Positions 7,963 through 18,075 of a stretch of DNA of 64,000 bases are shown here, piece by piece. The position numbers were made by a program, and so were the translations under genes. The DNA is from a virus, in the IMG/VR virus record IMGVR_UViG_3300032308_001681, positions 1 to 64,000 of that record. The stretch is one strand, 5' to 3'. The notes under the pieces were generated by a model. The model did not search any database. It was not told where the DNA came from and saw nothing but the letters and a program-made list of their open reading frames with translations. Positions within the stretch are counted from its first letter, which is position 1. The number at the start of each line of letters is the position of its first letter.

Positions 7963-9696
7963 ATGTCATTTGCAGATTTTTCGCCGCCTAGTTATAGGGC
8001 GGCATCTTCTGACCTAACCATCAGCATCTCGCCCCTTGGGCTTGTAGAACTTGCTGATGAAGAGTTTGAGGTTCACGGGCCTCGCCTAAATCGCTACTCG
8101 CTCAACTGGGCAATGTACCTCGGCCACCACTGGGGCTACCGCCGCGAGCAAGGAGAGATGCAGGTATCGTTTAACTACTACCGTGCATTCATTGACTACT
8201 TGACTCGATTTACTTTTGGTAAGGGAATCCACTTCCGCTCTCCCAAGGCAACCGAGGCGATTGTTCCGGACCGTCTCGCGCGCGTGTGGGAAGTAGACAA
8301 TGACAAGCAGCGAATCTTGTTTGAGATGTCTCAGATTGGTTCAATCACTGGTGACTGCTTTGTAAAGATTGCTTACGAAGAGGCGTGGACCGACTCTATT
8401 GGGAGGTTTCACCCCGGGCGTGTCCGTATTCTCCCCTTGAACAGCGCGTTCTGTTTCCCGGAGTTTCACCCCCACGACCGGACTCGTCTGCTACGGTTTA
8501 AGCAGAAGTACCGCTTTTGGGGAACCTCTCTTGAGGGAACCCGTCAAGTTTTTACTTACACGGAGATTTTGACTGATGACATCATTGAAGAGTACATCAA
8601 CGACGAGCTCATTGACTCGCGGCCTAATCCGCTTGGTGAGATTCCCGTTGTACACATCCCGAATATCCCTGTAGCTGGCTCACCGTGGGGACTCGCAGAC
8701 GCCCACGACATCATCACGCTTAATCGGTCGTACAACGAAATAGCTACCGATGTCGCAGACATCATTAACTATCACGCGGCACCCGTTACCGTAATCATTG
8801 GTGCCAAGGCGTCCAATCTTGAAAAGGGTGCCAAAAAGGTTTGGGGAGGTCTGCCCAAAGACTCGAGTGTGTTTAACCTTGAAGGTGGTTCTGCTGGGCT
8901 GTCTGGTGCTATGCAGTACATGGAGACACTCAAGCGCTCAATGCACGAGTTGATGAACATCCCGGAAACCGCTCTGGGTCAAGTTCAGCCCATCTCTAAC
9001 ACCTCGGGTGTTGCTCTGTCTATCCAGTACCAGCCTCTTATGAACCGTTGGTCTCAAAAGACCGCACAGTATGGTGCTGGTCTTGAGAAGATTAACGAGA
9101 TTATCATGCTTAATCTTGCCGTTAAAGAGCCCGAGACATTCCTGTGGAACCCGGACGAGGACGGACCCCTCAAGGAAGGCCAGTTCGACCGGCTAGACCC
9201 AAACGACCCTCTTTCGTATCAAACGTACGCACAATTTCCTCCGCCCCTACCGCTTGACAAGCTGGTTCTACTCAATGAACTTCAGCAGAAGATGGGAATG
9301 GGACTGGAGTCAAAGGAGGGCGCCCTCCGGGCTCTTGGCGAAGAATTCCCCGAAGAGAAGCTGGAAGAGATTCGTCTTGAACTTATTGAGGATGCTGAGG
9401 CCGATGGTGCACTCAACCTCATTAAGCTTCAGGTTCAGAAGCAAATCATGGACATGACAGGAATGATGTCTGGCCCCGATGGCACGGCCATTCCTATGGA
9501 CCCGACCATGCTTGGCGACGGCGACACTATGGGCGATGGTATCCTCGGCCCCTCTACTACGGAATCGCAGCAAGACCCACTTACAAACACTAACGGTGTT
9601 GAGATTCAGGGTGAAGCAGAAATCCGAAACAAGCTTGTTACTGATGCGTACGGAACAAAGCTTCCGTCTCGTCGAGCAGTTGACAGGGACAAGTAA
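7963..9696 (+). CDS. portal protein (SPP1 gp6-like)
   Basis: position between terminase and scaffold, IPVVHIPN...G motif, SGVAL motif, 577 aa. Confidence 0.9.
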   Translation: MSFADFSPPSYRAASSDLTISISPLGLVELADEEFEVHGPRLNRYSLNWAMYLGHHWGYRREQGEMQVSFNYYRAFIDYLTRFTFGKGIHFRSPKATEAIVPDRLARVWEVDNDKQRILFEMSQIGSITGDCFVKIAYEEAWTDSIGRFHPGRVRILPLNSAFCFPEFHPHDRTRLLRFKQKYRFWGTSLEGTRQVFTYTEILTDDIIEEYINDELIDSRPNPLGEIPVVHIPNIPVAGSPWGLADAHDIITLNRSYNEIATDVADIINYHAAPVTVIIGAKASNLEKGAKKVWGGLPKDSSVFNLEGGSAGLSGAMQYMETLKRSMHELMNIPETALGQVQPISNTSGVALSIQYQPLMNRWSQKTAQYGAGLEKINEIIMLNLAVKEPETFLWNPDEDGPLKEGQFDRLDPNDPLSYQTYAQFPPPLPLDKLVLLNELQQKMGMGLESKEGALRALGEEFPEEKLEEIRLELIEDAEADGALNLIKLQVQKQIMDMTGMMSGPDGTAIPMDPTMLGDGDTMGDGILGPSTTESQQDPLTNTNGVEIQGEAEIRNKLVTDAYGTKLPSRRAVDRDK

Positions 9697-9822
9697 ATAA
9701 TTTCCTGAAATCATTGATTTTAGGAAGACAAGTTAATCTTTCGTAGATTGACTTGTGTTACATCAGTCAGGTCATGTGTCACTAATTCGGAAAACGACCA
9801 AGAGAATGAAAAGAGAATCATA

Positions 9823-10593
9823 ATGGATGAAAACACAGAGGTTGCGGCCGACCCCGCCACCGATGCACCGCTCATTACCCCGGAATTGACTCCCGAAGAG
9901 AATCCCTTCCCCGCCCAGTTCACAGCAGAAGATATCAAGAAGGCTCGTGAGCAGGAAAAGCAGAAGGTGTACTCCACAATGGAGAAGATGAAGGAAGAAC
10001 TTGCTCAGCTCAAGCAGCAGGAGCAGGAACGCGCGAGCAGGGAAGCTGAGCGTCGTGCACAGCGTACCGCCCGTGAGGCCGAAGCAGCCAAGAAAAAGGC
10101 TGAAGAGGCTGAGCAAGAGATGGGTATGAAGGAACTTCTTAAGAAGAAAGAAGAAGAACTTCAAGCTCAGATTGACGCCGAACGCGCAGCGCGTGAAGCA
10201 GCACTTGCCCTTCTTGAGCGAGAGCGTGAATATCAGGACTTGCAGGCCTACCGCCAGCAGCGTCTTGAGCAGGAGCGCGAAAATATTATTCCTGAGTTGA
10301 TTGACCTCATTCAAGGAAACACCAAGGATGAAATTGAATCCAGCGTTTCTCAGTTGAAAGACAAGTCAACTCGAATTTTCGAATCAGTGGCCTCAGCGTC
10401 ACAGCAGACTCGGAAAGAAATGGTCGGAGCACGCATTACCGTTCCGGCAAACGGACCCCTCGATAATGACTCGGACTCCCAGACGGCTTCTCCGGATGCA
10501 CTTCGGAATATGTCGATGGCAGAGTATGCCAAAAACCGAGACAAGCTTCTCGGCTCTACCGGTACAAATCGCGGTCAGGGATTGTTCGGTTAA
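9823..10593 (+). CDS. capsid scaffolding protein
   Basis: long E/K/R/A coiled coil, C-terminal MSMAEYAKNRDKLL, directly upstream of capsid; likely ATG 9823. Confidence 0.85.
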   Translation: MDENTEVAADPATDAPLITPELTPEENPFPAQFTAEDIKKAREQEKQKVYSTMEKMKEELAQLKQQEQERASREAERRAQRTAREAEAAKKKAEEAEQEMGMKELLKKKEEELQAQIDAERAAREAALALLEREREYQDLQAYRQQRLEQERENIIPELIDLIQGNTKDEIESSVSQLKDKSTRIFESVASASQQTRKEMVGARITVPANGPLDNDSDSQTASPDALRNMSMAEYAKNRDKLLGSTGTNRGQGLFG

Positions 10594-10625
10594 TCCACAA
10601 CCTCTAACCTCTTAAGGAGAAAACT

Positions 10626-11759
10626 ATGGCATCCGCCATTACCGGTTCTGGGCAGCTCGCTTCTGCTCCTACCGCTTACTCTGGCTCCAACAGCCAGCTC
10701 TCGCAGGCCATCCAGACCATCTGGTCCAAGGAAATCCTGTTTCAGGCAATGCCCATCCTCCGCTTCGAGCAGTTCGCTGTAAAGAAGACGGAACTTGGTG
10801 TTGCTCCCGGTCTCCGCGTGAACTTCCTGCGTTACAAGAACTTCTCGGTTGACCCGACCCCCCTCACTGAAGGTGTTCGTATGACCACGAACGCACTGAC
10901 GGCTGAGCAGATTGCCATCACCGTTGCTGAGCACGGCTACGCAGTTGCAGTTTCCGAGCTGCTGCTGAACGCCTCGTTCGACGACATCATGGCTTCGGCT
11001 TCGCGTCTTCTCGGTCGCCACATGGCTCAGTACCTCGACGTACAGGCTCGTAACACCCTGTCGGCTGCCACCTCGGCTGTCTTCGGTTACGACCGCTCTG
11101 GCTTCTCGGCATCGACCACCTTCAACACCTACGCTGAAGGTACGGTTGGTACGGGTATCTCGAGCCTCGACGGTAACCACAAGCTGACGACCGGTACCAT
11201 CAAGGACGCTGCTCTTACCCTCGCCGGTAAGAACATCCCCCGCATTGGTGAGACCTACGTCATGTTCATTCACCCCAAGCAGTCGCGTGACCTCCGCTCA
11301 AACCCGGAGTTCATTGAAGTCACGAAGTACGCCGCCCCCGGTAACTTCATGCTTGGTGAGATTGGTCGCCTCTACGACGTTGTGTTCATCGAGACCACTC
11401 AGGTCAAGCTGCTCGCTGCGAACGGCACGTACACCACTTCGACCAACGTTGGCGTTCCTGCTAACGCTGGCGTGGTTCCGGTCAAGGCGAACACCGCCCC
11501 CGGTCAGGGTGGTAACCCTACGTCGGCTGACTTCACGGCTGAGGCTGGTTACCTTACCTCGGCTACCGGTAACACGGCTGACGTGTACGAGTCCATCATG
11601 ATTGGTGACAACGCGTTTGGTCACGCCATCAGCCTTCCGGTTGAGCTCCGTGACGGTGGCGTTCTCGACTTCGGTCGTGAGCACGCTCTCGCATGGTACT
11701 CCATCTGGGGCCTCGGTGTCATCACCGACCAAGCTATCGTTAAGGCTTACACCAACTAA
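10626..11759 (+). CDS. major capsid protein (N4 gp56-like HK97 fold)
   Basis: LTEG, EHGYAV, YVMFIHP, GEIGRLYDVVFIET, DFGRE...AWY motifs; strong RBS and codon bias. Confidence 0.93.
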   Translation: MASAITGSGQLASAPTAYSGSNSQLSQAIQTIWSKEILFQAMPILRFEQFAVKKTELGVAPGLRVNFLRYKNFSVDPTPLTEGVRMTTNALTAEQIAITVAEHGYAVAVSELLLNASFDDIMASASRLLGRHMAQYLDVQARNTLSAATSAVFGYDRSGFSASTTFNTYAEGTVGTGISSLDGNHKLTTGTIKDAALTLAGKNIPRIGETYVMFIHPKQSRDLRSNPEFIEVTKYAAPGNFMLGEIGRLYDVVFIETTQVKLLAANGTYTTSTNVGVPANAGVVPVKANTAPGQGGNPTSADFTAEAGYLTSATGNTADVYESIMIGDNAFGHAISLPVELRDGGVLDFGREHALAWYSIWGLGVITDQAIVKAYTN

Positions 11760-11772
11760 CGACTGCTTCATC

Positions 11773-11798
11773 GGGGGGAGGGCTTCGGCTCTCCCCCC
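11773..11798 (+). terminator. UUCG-capped GC-rich hairpin after capsid gene
   Basis: GGGGGGAGGGC-TTCG-GCTCTCCCCCC. Confidence 0.6.
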
Positions 11799-11830
11799 AA
11801 CACAAAATTAATACAAGGAGAAATGAAATC

Positions 11831-12205
11831 GTGGCAAACCTTCCCACCAGCCCGTTGGATGCAACGGGCGCAGCTGCCGAGAAGGCAGCTAAACAAAACG
11901 CAAAGGCCATTAAAGAGCGTGCAGACGAGATTTCTATCAGCCGCGCTCAGGAGGCCATTGAGTTGGAGACTCAAGTCTTCGACCCTAAAAGGCCTGACCA
12001 GCCCATCCTTATTGATGAGGTTGTAGAAGTTGGCGTATCGGTCAACAACGATAAGGTCATTATTCGGACCATTACGGATATTGAAGAAATGACCTATGGT
12101 GTAGGAAACCACTACACCTTCAAGGCTGGAGTAAAGTACTCCGTCCCTCGAGATTTGGCAGCATATCTGGAACAGCTCGGATACGTCTGGGCTCCCGGAG
12201 GCTAG
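11831..12205 (+). CDS. capsid-associated hypothetical protein
   Basis: 124-aa ORF with AAGGAG RBS following capsid gene. Confidence 0.75.
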   Translation: MANLPTSPLDATGAAAEKAAKQNAKAIKERADEISISRAQEAIELETQVFDPKRPDQPILIDEVVEVGVSVNNDKVIIRTITDIEEMTYGVGNHYTFKAGVKYSVPRDLAAYLEQLGYVWAPGG

Positions 12206-12217
12206 TCCTACCAAACG

Positions 12218-12257
12218 GTCCCCCTGCAGGTTCTCGCCCTCCTCCCTGCAGGGGGAC
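12218..12257 (+). other. 13-bp perfect hairpin with 14-nt pyrimidine-rich (anti-SD-like) loop
   Basis: GTCCCCCTGCAGG-TTCTCGCCCTCCTC-CCTGCAGGGGGAC. Confidence 0.7.
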
Positions 12258-12262
12258 TTCTC

Positions 12263-12300
12263 TTTGCCCTGTATTTGCGCGCATAATCCGGGAACATAGA
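12263..12300 (+). promoter_or_regulatory. putative late promoter, copy 1 of 38-bp motif
   Basis: 27/38 identical to 34012-34049; both lie immediately upstream of structural-gene RBSs. Confidence 0.6.
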
Positions 12301-12322
12301 TACAGAGGAATACGGAGATTTT

Positions 12323-13663
12323 GTGGCTGACATTAATGGTTTGATTAGCAAGGTCCGCCTAGAACTGGGCGACCTAGGCAAGTCTTTTGCAACCCAGTTT
12401 GTTTCTGATGGAACAACTGGGCGCTTTCAGTTGCACTACGCACCGTGTGACCCGGCAAGCGTCACGGTGATTGCCGACGGGATTGACGTATCTTCAGATT
12501 CGTACGTAGAGGCCTCTACCGGAGCTTTGGTAGTGACACTCACTAACGCAGAGTACCCCGCGCTGGTTAACTCCGGAGAGACTGTGCCGAAGTCGGGTGT
12601 TGAGTTTCTTGTTAGTGGTACGTATTTTAGGTATTTTACAAACGCAGAACTTACAACACTTGTCACGGACGCCGTTGAGCAGCACAGCGCAAAGCACGTT
12701 GATGCTATTGGTCGTAAAATCGTAGTCAGCAACTTGCCCACCATTGAAGAGTACCCAGTGGCTGTGTACGCCACTACCCTAGCGCTGTATACGCTAGCTA
12801 CAGATGCAGCGTTTGACATTGACATTCAAGCTCCCGATGGCGTGACCATTCCTCGAGCCGAGCGTTACCGCCAGCTCATGGAGATGATGCAAACTCGTCA
12901 ACAGCAGTACCGGGACCTGTGTGTGCACCTCGGCGTTGGTCTGTACAAGATTGACGTATTTTCTTTGCGTCGAATCTCCAAAACCACAAACCGGTATGTC
13001 CCCGTGTACAAGCCACAAGAGGTGGACGACCGGTCGTTTGCCCAGCGTGCGAGAATGTCTCTGCCTACGTATGGTGCTCAGCCAATTCCTTTCCCAACAG
13101 AAAACGGAGAGCTCACGGCTTACCAAGGACGCGCTTTCACTACCGACCTTACTCTTACAGCCAAAAACTACGCAGGAAAGACGTTTGTTGCAAACATCGT
13201 TTTGCAACGAGGTTCTTTGCAAATTGTGCAGGGCTTTGAGCTTAACGTTAACTCTAGCCTTCCAAACTTTGCGATTACAAATGCGGCTCGAACAGCAGGC
13301 AGCACAAACATCACGCTAACAACACCATACACGCACAATCTTACGGTTGGCACTTCCGTAGTAATCACTGACGTAGATGGAACCGTAAACGGAACACGGA
13401 CGATTACGGCAGTTACCTCTACAACATTCACGGTAACGGGAACCGCAACTACCGTATTGGCGTTGAGTGCTCTTACCGGAACGGTAGATGTAAACGCCAA
13501 CCAAAACTACATATTTACGATTTCTCTTACTGCGGACCAAACGCGCTACCTTGCAAACCGCACTTGGTGGGAAATCCGTGCCATTGACCCATTCACTGAC
13601 GAGAGTCTCGTTATTTACGAAAGCAACTTCTTTACAGTCAGGGCAAGCGAGGTAATCCTCTAA
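12323..13663 (+). CDS. head-to-tail connector/neck protein with C-terminal beta domain
   Basis: LISKVRLELGD N-terminus and YFTNAEL motif typical of head-tail adaptors; position after capsid. Confidence 0.7.
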   Translation: MADINGLISKVRLELGDLGKSFATQFVSDGTTGRFQLHYAPCDPASVTVIADGIDVSSDSYVEASTGALVVTLTNAEYPALVNSGETVPKSGVEFLVSGTYFRYFTNAELTTLVTDAVEQHSAKHVDAIGRKIVVSNLPTIEEYPVAVYATTLALYTLATDAAFDIDIQAPDGVTIPRAERYRQLMEMMQTRQQQYRDLCVHLGVGLYKIDVFSLRRISKTTNRYVPVYKPQEVDDRSFAQRARMSLPTYGAQPIPFPTENGELTAYQGRAFTTDLTLTAKNYAGKTFVANIVLQRGSLQIVQGFELNVNSSLPNFAITNAARTAGSTNITLTTPYTHNLTVGTSVVITDVDGTVNGTRTITAVTSTTFTVTGTATTVLALSALTGTVDVNANQNYIFTISLTADQTRYLANRTWWEIRAIDPFTDESLVIYESNFFTVRASEVIL

Positions 13664-13788
13664 TGCCAGAATTGCCAAAAGACATATTTCTATTAAAGTT
13701 TGCCCCGAGTGTCGACTACCCTACCCGTCCTGCGGTGGTGCTTCCTATAAATGGTCCGCGCTATCCTGACAGTGCAGAATACCAGTAA
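13663..13788 (+). CDS. 41-aa hypothetical protein
   Basis: TAATG coupling to upstream gene, fills gap to next RBS; not in ORF track. Confidence 0.5.
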   Translation: MPELPKDIFLLKFAPSVDYPTRPAVVLPINGPRYPDSAEYQ

Positions 13789-13796
13789 GGATAACT

Positions 13797-14762
13797 ATGC
13801 CTGCTCCTACAAGAACCATTATTCAGCTTCGTCGCGATTTGGCGGCAAACTGGACAACCAATGGCCCAACTTTGGCTGCCGGAGAAGTTGGCTTTGAAAC
13901 CGACACTAACAAGTTCAAGCTTGGTGACGGAACTACGGCATGGGCCTCGCTGCCGTATGCCCCCGCGGGACTGACTTACCTAACTACCTCAGGAACTACG
14001 TCAACAGTAGCTGTGGCCCGTGCCACTAACCTTGCTGGCGGAGGTGCTGGACAGGTGCCGTACAACACAGCTGCAAACACCACAACCTTTTTGGCTGCAG
14101 GAACTTCTGGACAGGTTCTTCTGTCAAACGGAGCTGCTGCCCCTTCGTGGGGGCTTCCTCGACTTGACCAGCTGGCAACCACTACAGCAACTCAACTCCG
14201 CGGGATTATTAACGGTACAACGGGAACCGGTAACGCGGTGTTTGCTTCGGACCCAGCACTCACCTCTCCAGTCATTTCTACAAGCCTTATTGTAAACGGG
14301 GCATCTGCTGGTGTAACCACAATTACAGCAAACGCTAGCGGCACTGTCGCGCTGGCCCTTCCCGCAACTAGCGGAACTGTAGCGCTTGCCGGAGATGTCA
14401 CCACCAACTTTGTTTCTAAGACAAGCGCAACTACACAGACTCTCACTGCAAGTTTGACGGTGCCTTCTGGTAAGGTCCTGACAACCGACGCACTAACAGC
14501 TTCTGGCACAGTTACTCTGTCTGGCTCGAGCGGCGCGTCTACTGGTGTGGCTAAGATTAACGCTTCCGGAGTAGTTACTGGCGGTAACTTGGTTACTCTA
14601 AGCGCTGCTGGACAGGAAGTAACTGGAATTCTTCCGCTTAACCGAGGCGGAACTGGTGCAGACACCGTGGCCGGTGCCCGTGAAGGCCTTCGTATTTTTG
14701 TACAAGCCACTACACCCACACCTGCTGGCGGAGCTGCAGTAGGCGACCTCTGGTTCTGGTGA
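13797..14762 (+). CDS. fibre protein (Mtd_N/hyaluronidase-type N-terminal anchor)
   Basis: IQLRRD...NW...LAAGEVGFETDTNKFKLGDGTTAW; LPLNRGGTGA; C-terminal GDLW. Confidence 0.8.
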   Translation: MPAPTRTIIQLRRDLAANWTTNGPTLAAGEVGFETDTNKFKLGDGTTAWASLPYAPAGLTYLTTSGTTSTVAVARATNLAGGGAGQVPYNTAANTTTFLAAGTSGQVLLSNGAAAPSWGLPRLDQLATTTATQLRGIINGTTGTGNAVFASDPALTSPVISTSLIVNGASAGVTTITANASGTVALALPATSGTVALAGDVTTNFVSKTSATTQTLTASLTVPSGKVLTTDALTASGTVTLSGSSGASTGVAKINASGVVTGGNLVTLSAAGQEVTGILPLNRGGTGADTVAGAREGLRIFVQATTPTPAGGAAVGDLWFW

Positions 14763-14767
14763 TTTAG

Positions 14768-16408
14768 GTGGTTGCATACTCAGGCACTAATTCATCAACA
14801 ATAAACAACTACACCCTTCAAGTAGATGTATCCTCGGACTCTGCTTTTTACAACGCAACAACCAACACGAGTACCGTGTATTACACGGTATACCTTAGCT
14901 CAGGAGCAAACTCTTTCAGCGACTATGCTTCTGCGGCAGTTCGCGGCAGTGGCAACATCACGCAACGTTTTGACGACCAGTTACGCTCATTGGGGCAAAA
15001 CAGCAGCACTGCCATATTTTCTTCGGCGTATACGGTAACTCATAACTCAGACGGTTCGGCAATTGCCACTGTAGACGCATACTATGTTACTGCGGGTCAA
15101 ATTCCATCATACGCAGTTAGGTTTACTTCATACACTGCGGCAGCGACAATAACTCTATTTAATGCGGTCCGACAACCCACCACTCCTACGCTTACGGTAA
15201 CTCGCCCGAAGGCCGGAACCGCCGCTACTGGAACAACAATCAGGCTTGAGTGGACTGCCTCAACGCCGCCATCGGGAACAGCAGCGAATGGAACTGGGAA
15301 TGGGACCTCAGCCATCAGTTGGTACGAGTACCGATACAGTACCGATAACGCAACGTGGACTACCTACAATCTGAATAATGTTAATGGTCTCGGCACGACT
15401 AGAACTGCAGATTTTGGGCCAACAGCCCCTATTACTGTTGTTCCGGGAACCGTGTACTATTTCCAAGTACGCGCCTATGCTAGCAACTCCGAGGGGTACG
15501 GCCCTTGGTCGGCAAGCAGGGTAGCTTACGCGGCCCCAACTATTACTTCGGTTACCTCTGTGGGAACTACAGCCTCCGTAGTAGTGGCTGCACCGTCTTC
15601 AAATGGCGGCTCTGCGATTAGTTCGTACACAGTAGAGTACAGCACTGACTCTGGGTTTGGTGGGACACCCAGCTCAGTAACGATAGCAAGCCCGGGTACA
15701 GCAACCATTACCGGTCTTCTTCCGGGAAGAACCTACTACTTTCGTGCAAGGTACACTAACGCTGCATCGGTGACTTCGCCATATACTGCCACAAGCTCGG
15801 CTTTTATTTCTGCGTATGGACGCCGTTACGCTACTTCTGGCTCAATTACTAATGTCACAACTACTGCACGAACTGCAACAATAACTAGCGTTTTTGGAAC
15901 TGAGTTTGGTACTGATTTTACAACTAGCGCTGCTCACGGTTTTTCTACTGGACAGACCGTAATCGTCTCTGGAATTGCAGCCCCTTATGACTACCTGAAT
16001 CAAACGTACACAAACGTTAGCGTTTTTGGCGTCGATTCGTTTAGCACGGGGGCAAATAATGAAGGACTAGGAACTGTTTCTATTAGTGGCACAGCTGTCA
16101 GTGTTGGGGCTGCCACCTACACTGCTTCAAACGAGTTTTCAGCAGGTAACACAGTGACCATTACGGGCGTAAATCCAAGTGCATACAACTTGACCAACGC
16201 AACAATTACATCAGCAACTGCTAGCCAATTTGTAATTACAAGCTCTGCCCAAGGAACTTACTCCAGCTCTACTGGTACGGCAGTTGGTTGGGTGAGAATG
16301 CTTACGGGGCAGAGATATGTGGCAGACACCGGAAGCGGCAGCCCGGGATGGGTAACGATTGCTACTGCCCAAAAGTTTACCGCAGGTGCATGGACACCGT
16401 TTAGTTAG
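14768..16408 (+). CDS. fibronectin type III domain virion protein
   Basis: LEWTAS...YEYRYS...VPGTVYYFQVRA and GLLPGRTYYFRARY Fn3 signatures. Confidence 0.8.
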   Translation: MVAYSGTNSSTINNYTLQVDVSSDSAFYNATTNTSTVYYTVYLSSGANSFSDYASAAVRGSGNITQRFDDQLRSLGQNSSTAIFSSAYTVTHNSDGSAIATVDAYYVTAGQIPSYAVRFTSYTAAATITLFNAVRQPTTPTLTVTRPKAGTAATGTTIRLEWTASTPPSGTAANGTGNGTSAISWYEYRYSTDNATWTTYNLNNVNGLGTTRTADFGPTAPITVVPGTVYYFQVRAYASNSEGYGPWSASRVAYAAPTITSVTSVGTTASVVVAAPSSNGGSAISSYTVEYSTDSGFGGTPSSVTIASPGTATITGLLPGRTYYFRARYTNAASVTSPYTATSSAFISAYGRRYATSGSITNVTTTARTATITSVFGTEFGTDFTTSAAHGFSTGQTVIVSGIAAPYDYLNQTYTNVSVFGVDSFSTGANNEGLGTVSISGTAVSVGAATYTASNEFSAGNTVTITGVNPSAYNLTNATITSATASQFVITSSAQGTYSSSTGTAVGWVRMLTGQRYVADTGSGSPGWVTIATAQKFTAGAWTPFS

Positions 16409-16416
16409 GATGCAGG

Positions 16417-17034
16417 ATGCGTGGGATTAAGCTTCAAGGCCGATTCAACATGGATTACGAAAGTAAATCCATGTATGAAGGTATTGCTGACGACCTTGGC
16501 GGCACTGTCGGTCAAGAGGTTGACTGGTACGAATGGTCCGAAGAGTACTTTGAGCAGAACTACTCGACTGTTGTAGATGACGTATACGATGTATCCAATG
16601 CGTCTTTTGATACCAATAACCGGGCCAATGGCCGCCGCTGGGCAAAGCCATTCAAGTTGCCCACTGTTATGGCGCAGCTAATCCGTTCAAGCAACGTAAT
16701 GAATGAACGCGGTTTCTATGTCACGGATACTCTTCGGCTGGTGGTTAACGTTGGAGACATTGAGCGCCTGATTCCCGGAATGATGACTGTGCCCAGCACG
16801 CACATTAAAGACCGAGTGATTTACCGCAACCAAGTGTTTGTCCCGACCCGCGTTCTTCCACGCGGCTCTTTTGGTTACCAGTACGCCGTTGTCACCATTG
16901 ACTGCAACCAAGTCAATTCCGAAGAGCTGGTCAACGACCCGCAGTTCCAAGCGTATGCTCTGCCTGCAACTACAGAACCCCGTTTGTCAATTTATGGAGC
17001 CGGAGAATACGGTTCCGGAAAATATGGAGATTAG
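16417..17034 (+). CDS. head closure/neck protein
   Basis: 205 aa, beta-rich, KDRVIYRNQVF; neck-module context. Confidence 0.55.
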   Translation: MRGIKLQGRFNMDYESKSMYEGIADDLGGTVGQEVDWYEWSEEYFEQNYSTVVDDVYDVSNASFDTNNRANGRRWAKPFKLPTVMAQLIRSSNVMNERGFYVTDTLRLVVNVGDIERLIPGMMTVPSTHIKDRVIYRNQVFVPTRVLPRGSFGYQYAVVTIDCNQVNSEELVNDPQFQAYALPATTEPRLSIYGAGEYGSGKYGD

Positions 17035-17037
17035 AAA

Positions 17038-17430
17038 ATGCCTCTTGTAAAACCTACTATTGGTCAAAGTAACTGGGGGGCTGCCCTCAACACTTGCCTT
17101 GACTACTTAGATAAAGACACCGCACTGTCGGTAGCCAATGTCACGACTCCCGTCACGACCGCCACCTTTACCGTGCCACAAACTGCCAAGTTTGTTACGT
17201 TTAACTCTGCTTCGGCGATTGCAGTGACACTGCCAAGTGCCTCAGCATTTCCCGGTCGCACGTTGGGTTTGAAAACGATTAACACAGGCGCAGTAACCTC
17301 GGCCTCTTCTAACGTAATCCCGTTGGCAACCACCACTGCTGCGGCTACGCTCTTCTCCGCCAACACAGCCGGTAAGTGGACAACCATAGTTAGTAACGGA
17401 ACTAACTGGGTAATTATGGCGCAGAACTAA
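17038..17430 (+). CDS. small virion fibre/decoration protein
   Basis: PTIGQSNWGAALN N-terminus, VTLPSA...GRTL and IVSNGTNWVIM tail-fibre-type motifs. Confidence 0.65.
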   Translation: MPLVKPTIGQSNWGAALNTCLDYLDKDTALSVANVTTPVTTATFTVPQTAKFVTFNSASAIAVTLPSASAFPGRTLGLKTINTGAVTSASSNVIPLATTTAAATLFSANTAGKWTTIVSNGTNWVIMAQN

Positions 17431-17431
17431 A

Positions 17432-17602
17432 GTGCCGTTTAAATCGCAACGCCAACGAGCGTGGATGTACGCAAACAACCCAAAGATGGCGGCACGTTGG
17501 GAAGCCCACACTCCAAAAGATAGGCCGCTTCCTGAGAAGAAATCAGGCGGCCAAGAAACAAAGAATACCCGGACAAAAAAAGGGAGAAGAAGTAGTGTGT
17601 AA
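17432..17602 (+). CDS. 56-aa small basic protein (MPFKSQRQRAWMYANNPKMAARWEAHTP...)
   Basis: GTG start after upstream stop; PFKSxxQRxWMYA motif recalled from other phage small proteins; not in ORF track. Confidence 0.7.
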   Translation: MPFKSQRQRAWMYANNPKMAARWEAHTPKDRPLPEKKSGGQETKNTRTKKGRRSSV

Positions 17603-17636
17603 CGGTAACTGCACTTGCGGAAAAGGTAAACGGTAA
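17595..17636 (+). CDS. 13-aa Cys-rich micropeptide MCNGNCTCGKGKR
   Basis: GGGAGAAG upstream, TAATG coupling into next gene, fills the only gap in the operon. Confidence 0.4.
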   Translation: MCNGNCTCGKGKR

Positions 17637-17824
17637 TGGTTGAAAAAAAGAAGGCCAAGTCTCGAGTCAATGAGGCGGGTAACTATACGAAACCTGCTCT
17701 TCGAGAGCGCCTGTTCAAAAAGATTAAAGCCGGTACTAAGGGCGGAGACCCCGGAGAGTGGTCTGCTCGCAAAGCCCAACTGCTGGCCTCAGAGTACAAG
17801 AAAGCAGGAGGTGGCTACAAGTAA
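17636..17824 (+). CDS. small basic protein (DUF5872-like)
   Basis: YTKPALRERL...GEWSARKAQLLASEYKKAGGGY. Confidence 0.75.
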   Translation: MVEKKKAKSRVNEAGNYTKPALRERLFKKIKAGTKGGDPGEWSARKAQLLASEYKKAGGGYK

Positions 17825-18075
17825 TGGCTAAAGCAGCCTCTCAAAAGTCCCTAGATAAGTGGACAAGAGAAAAGTGGACTACGTCTGATGGTAGTCCCTC
17901 TAAAGGTAAGAGACGGTATCTTCCTGCAAAAGCTTGGGACGCCCTAACCCCCGCAGAAAAAGCAGCCACTAATCGCGCAAAGGCGAAGGGTGACGGAGGA
18001 AAGTCGGGTAAGCAGGTTGCTCCTCAACCTAAAAAGATTGCTGAAAAAACCGCCAAGTATAGAAGGAGCAGCTAA
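17824..18075 (+). CDS. small basic protein (DUF5872-like)
   Basis: SQKSLDKWTREKWTT...RYLPAKAW; TAATG-coupled start at 17824. Confidence 0.75.
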   Translation: MAKAASQKSLDKWTREKWTTSDGSPSKGKRRYLPAKAWDALTPAEKAATNRAKAKGDGGKSGKQVAPQPKKIAEKTAKYRRSS

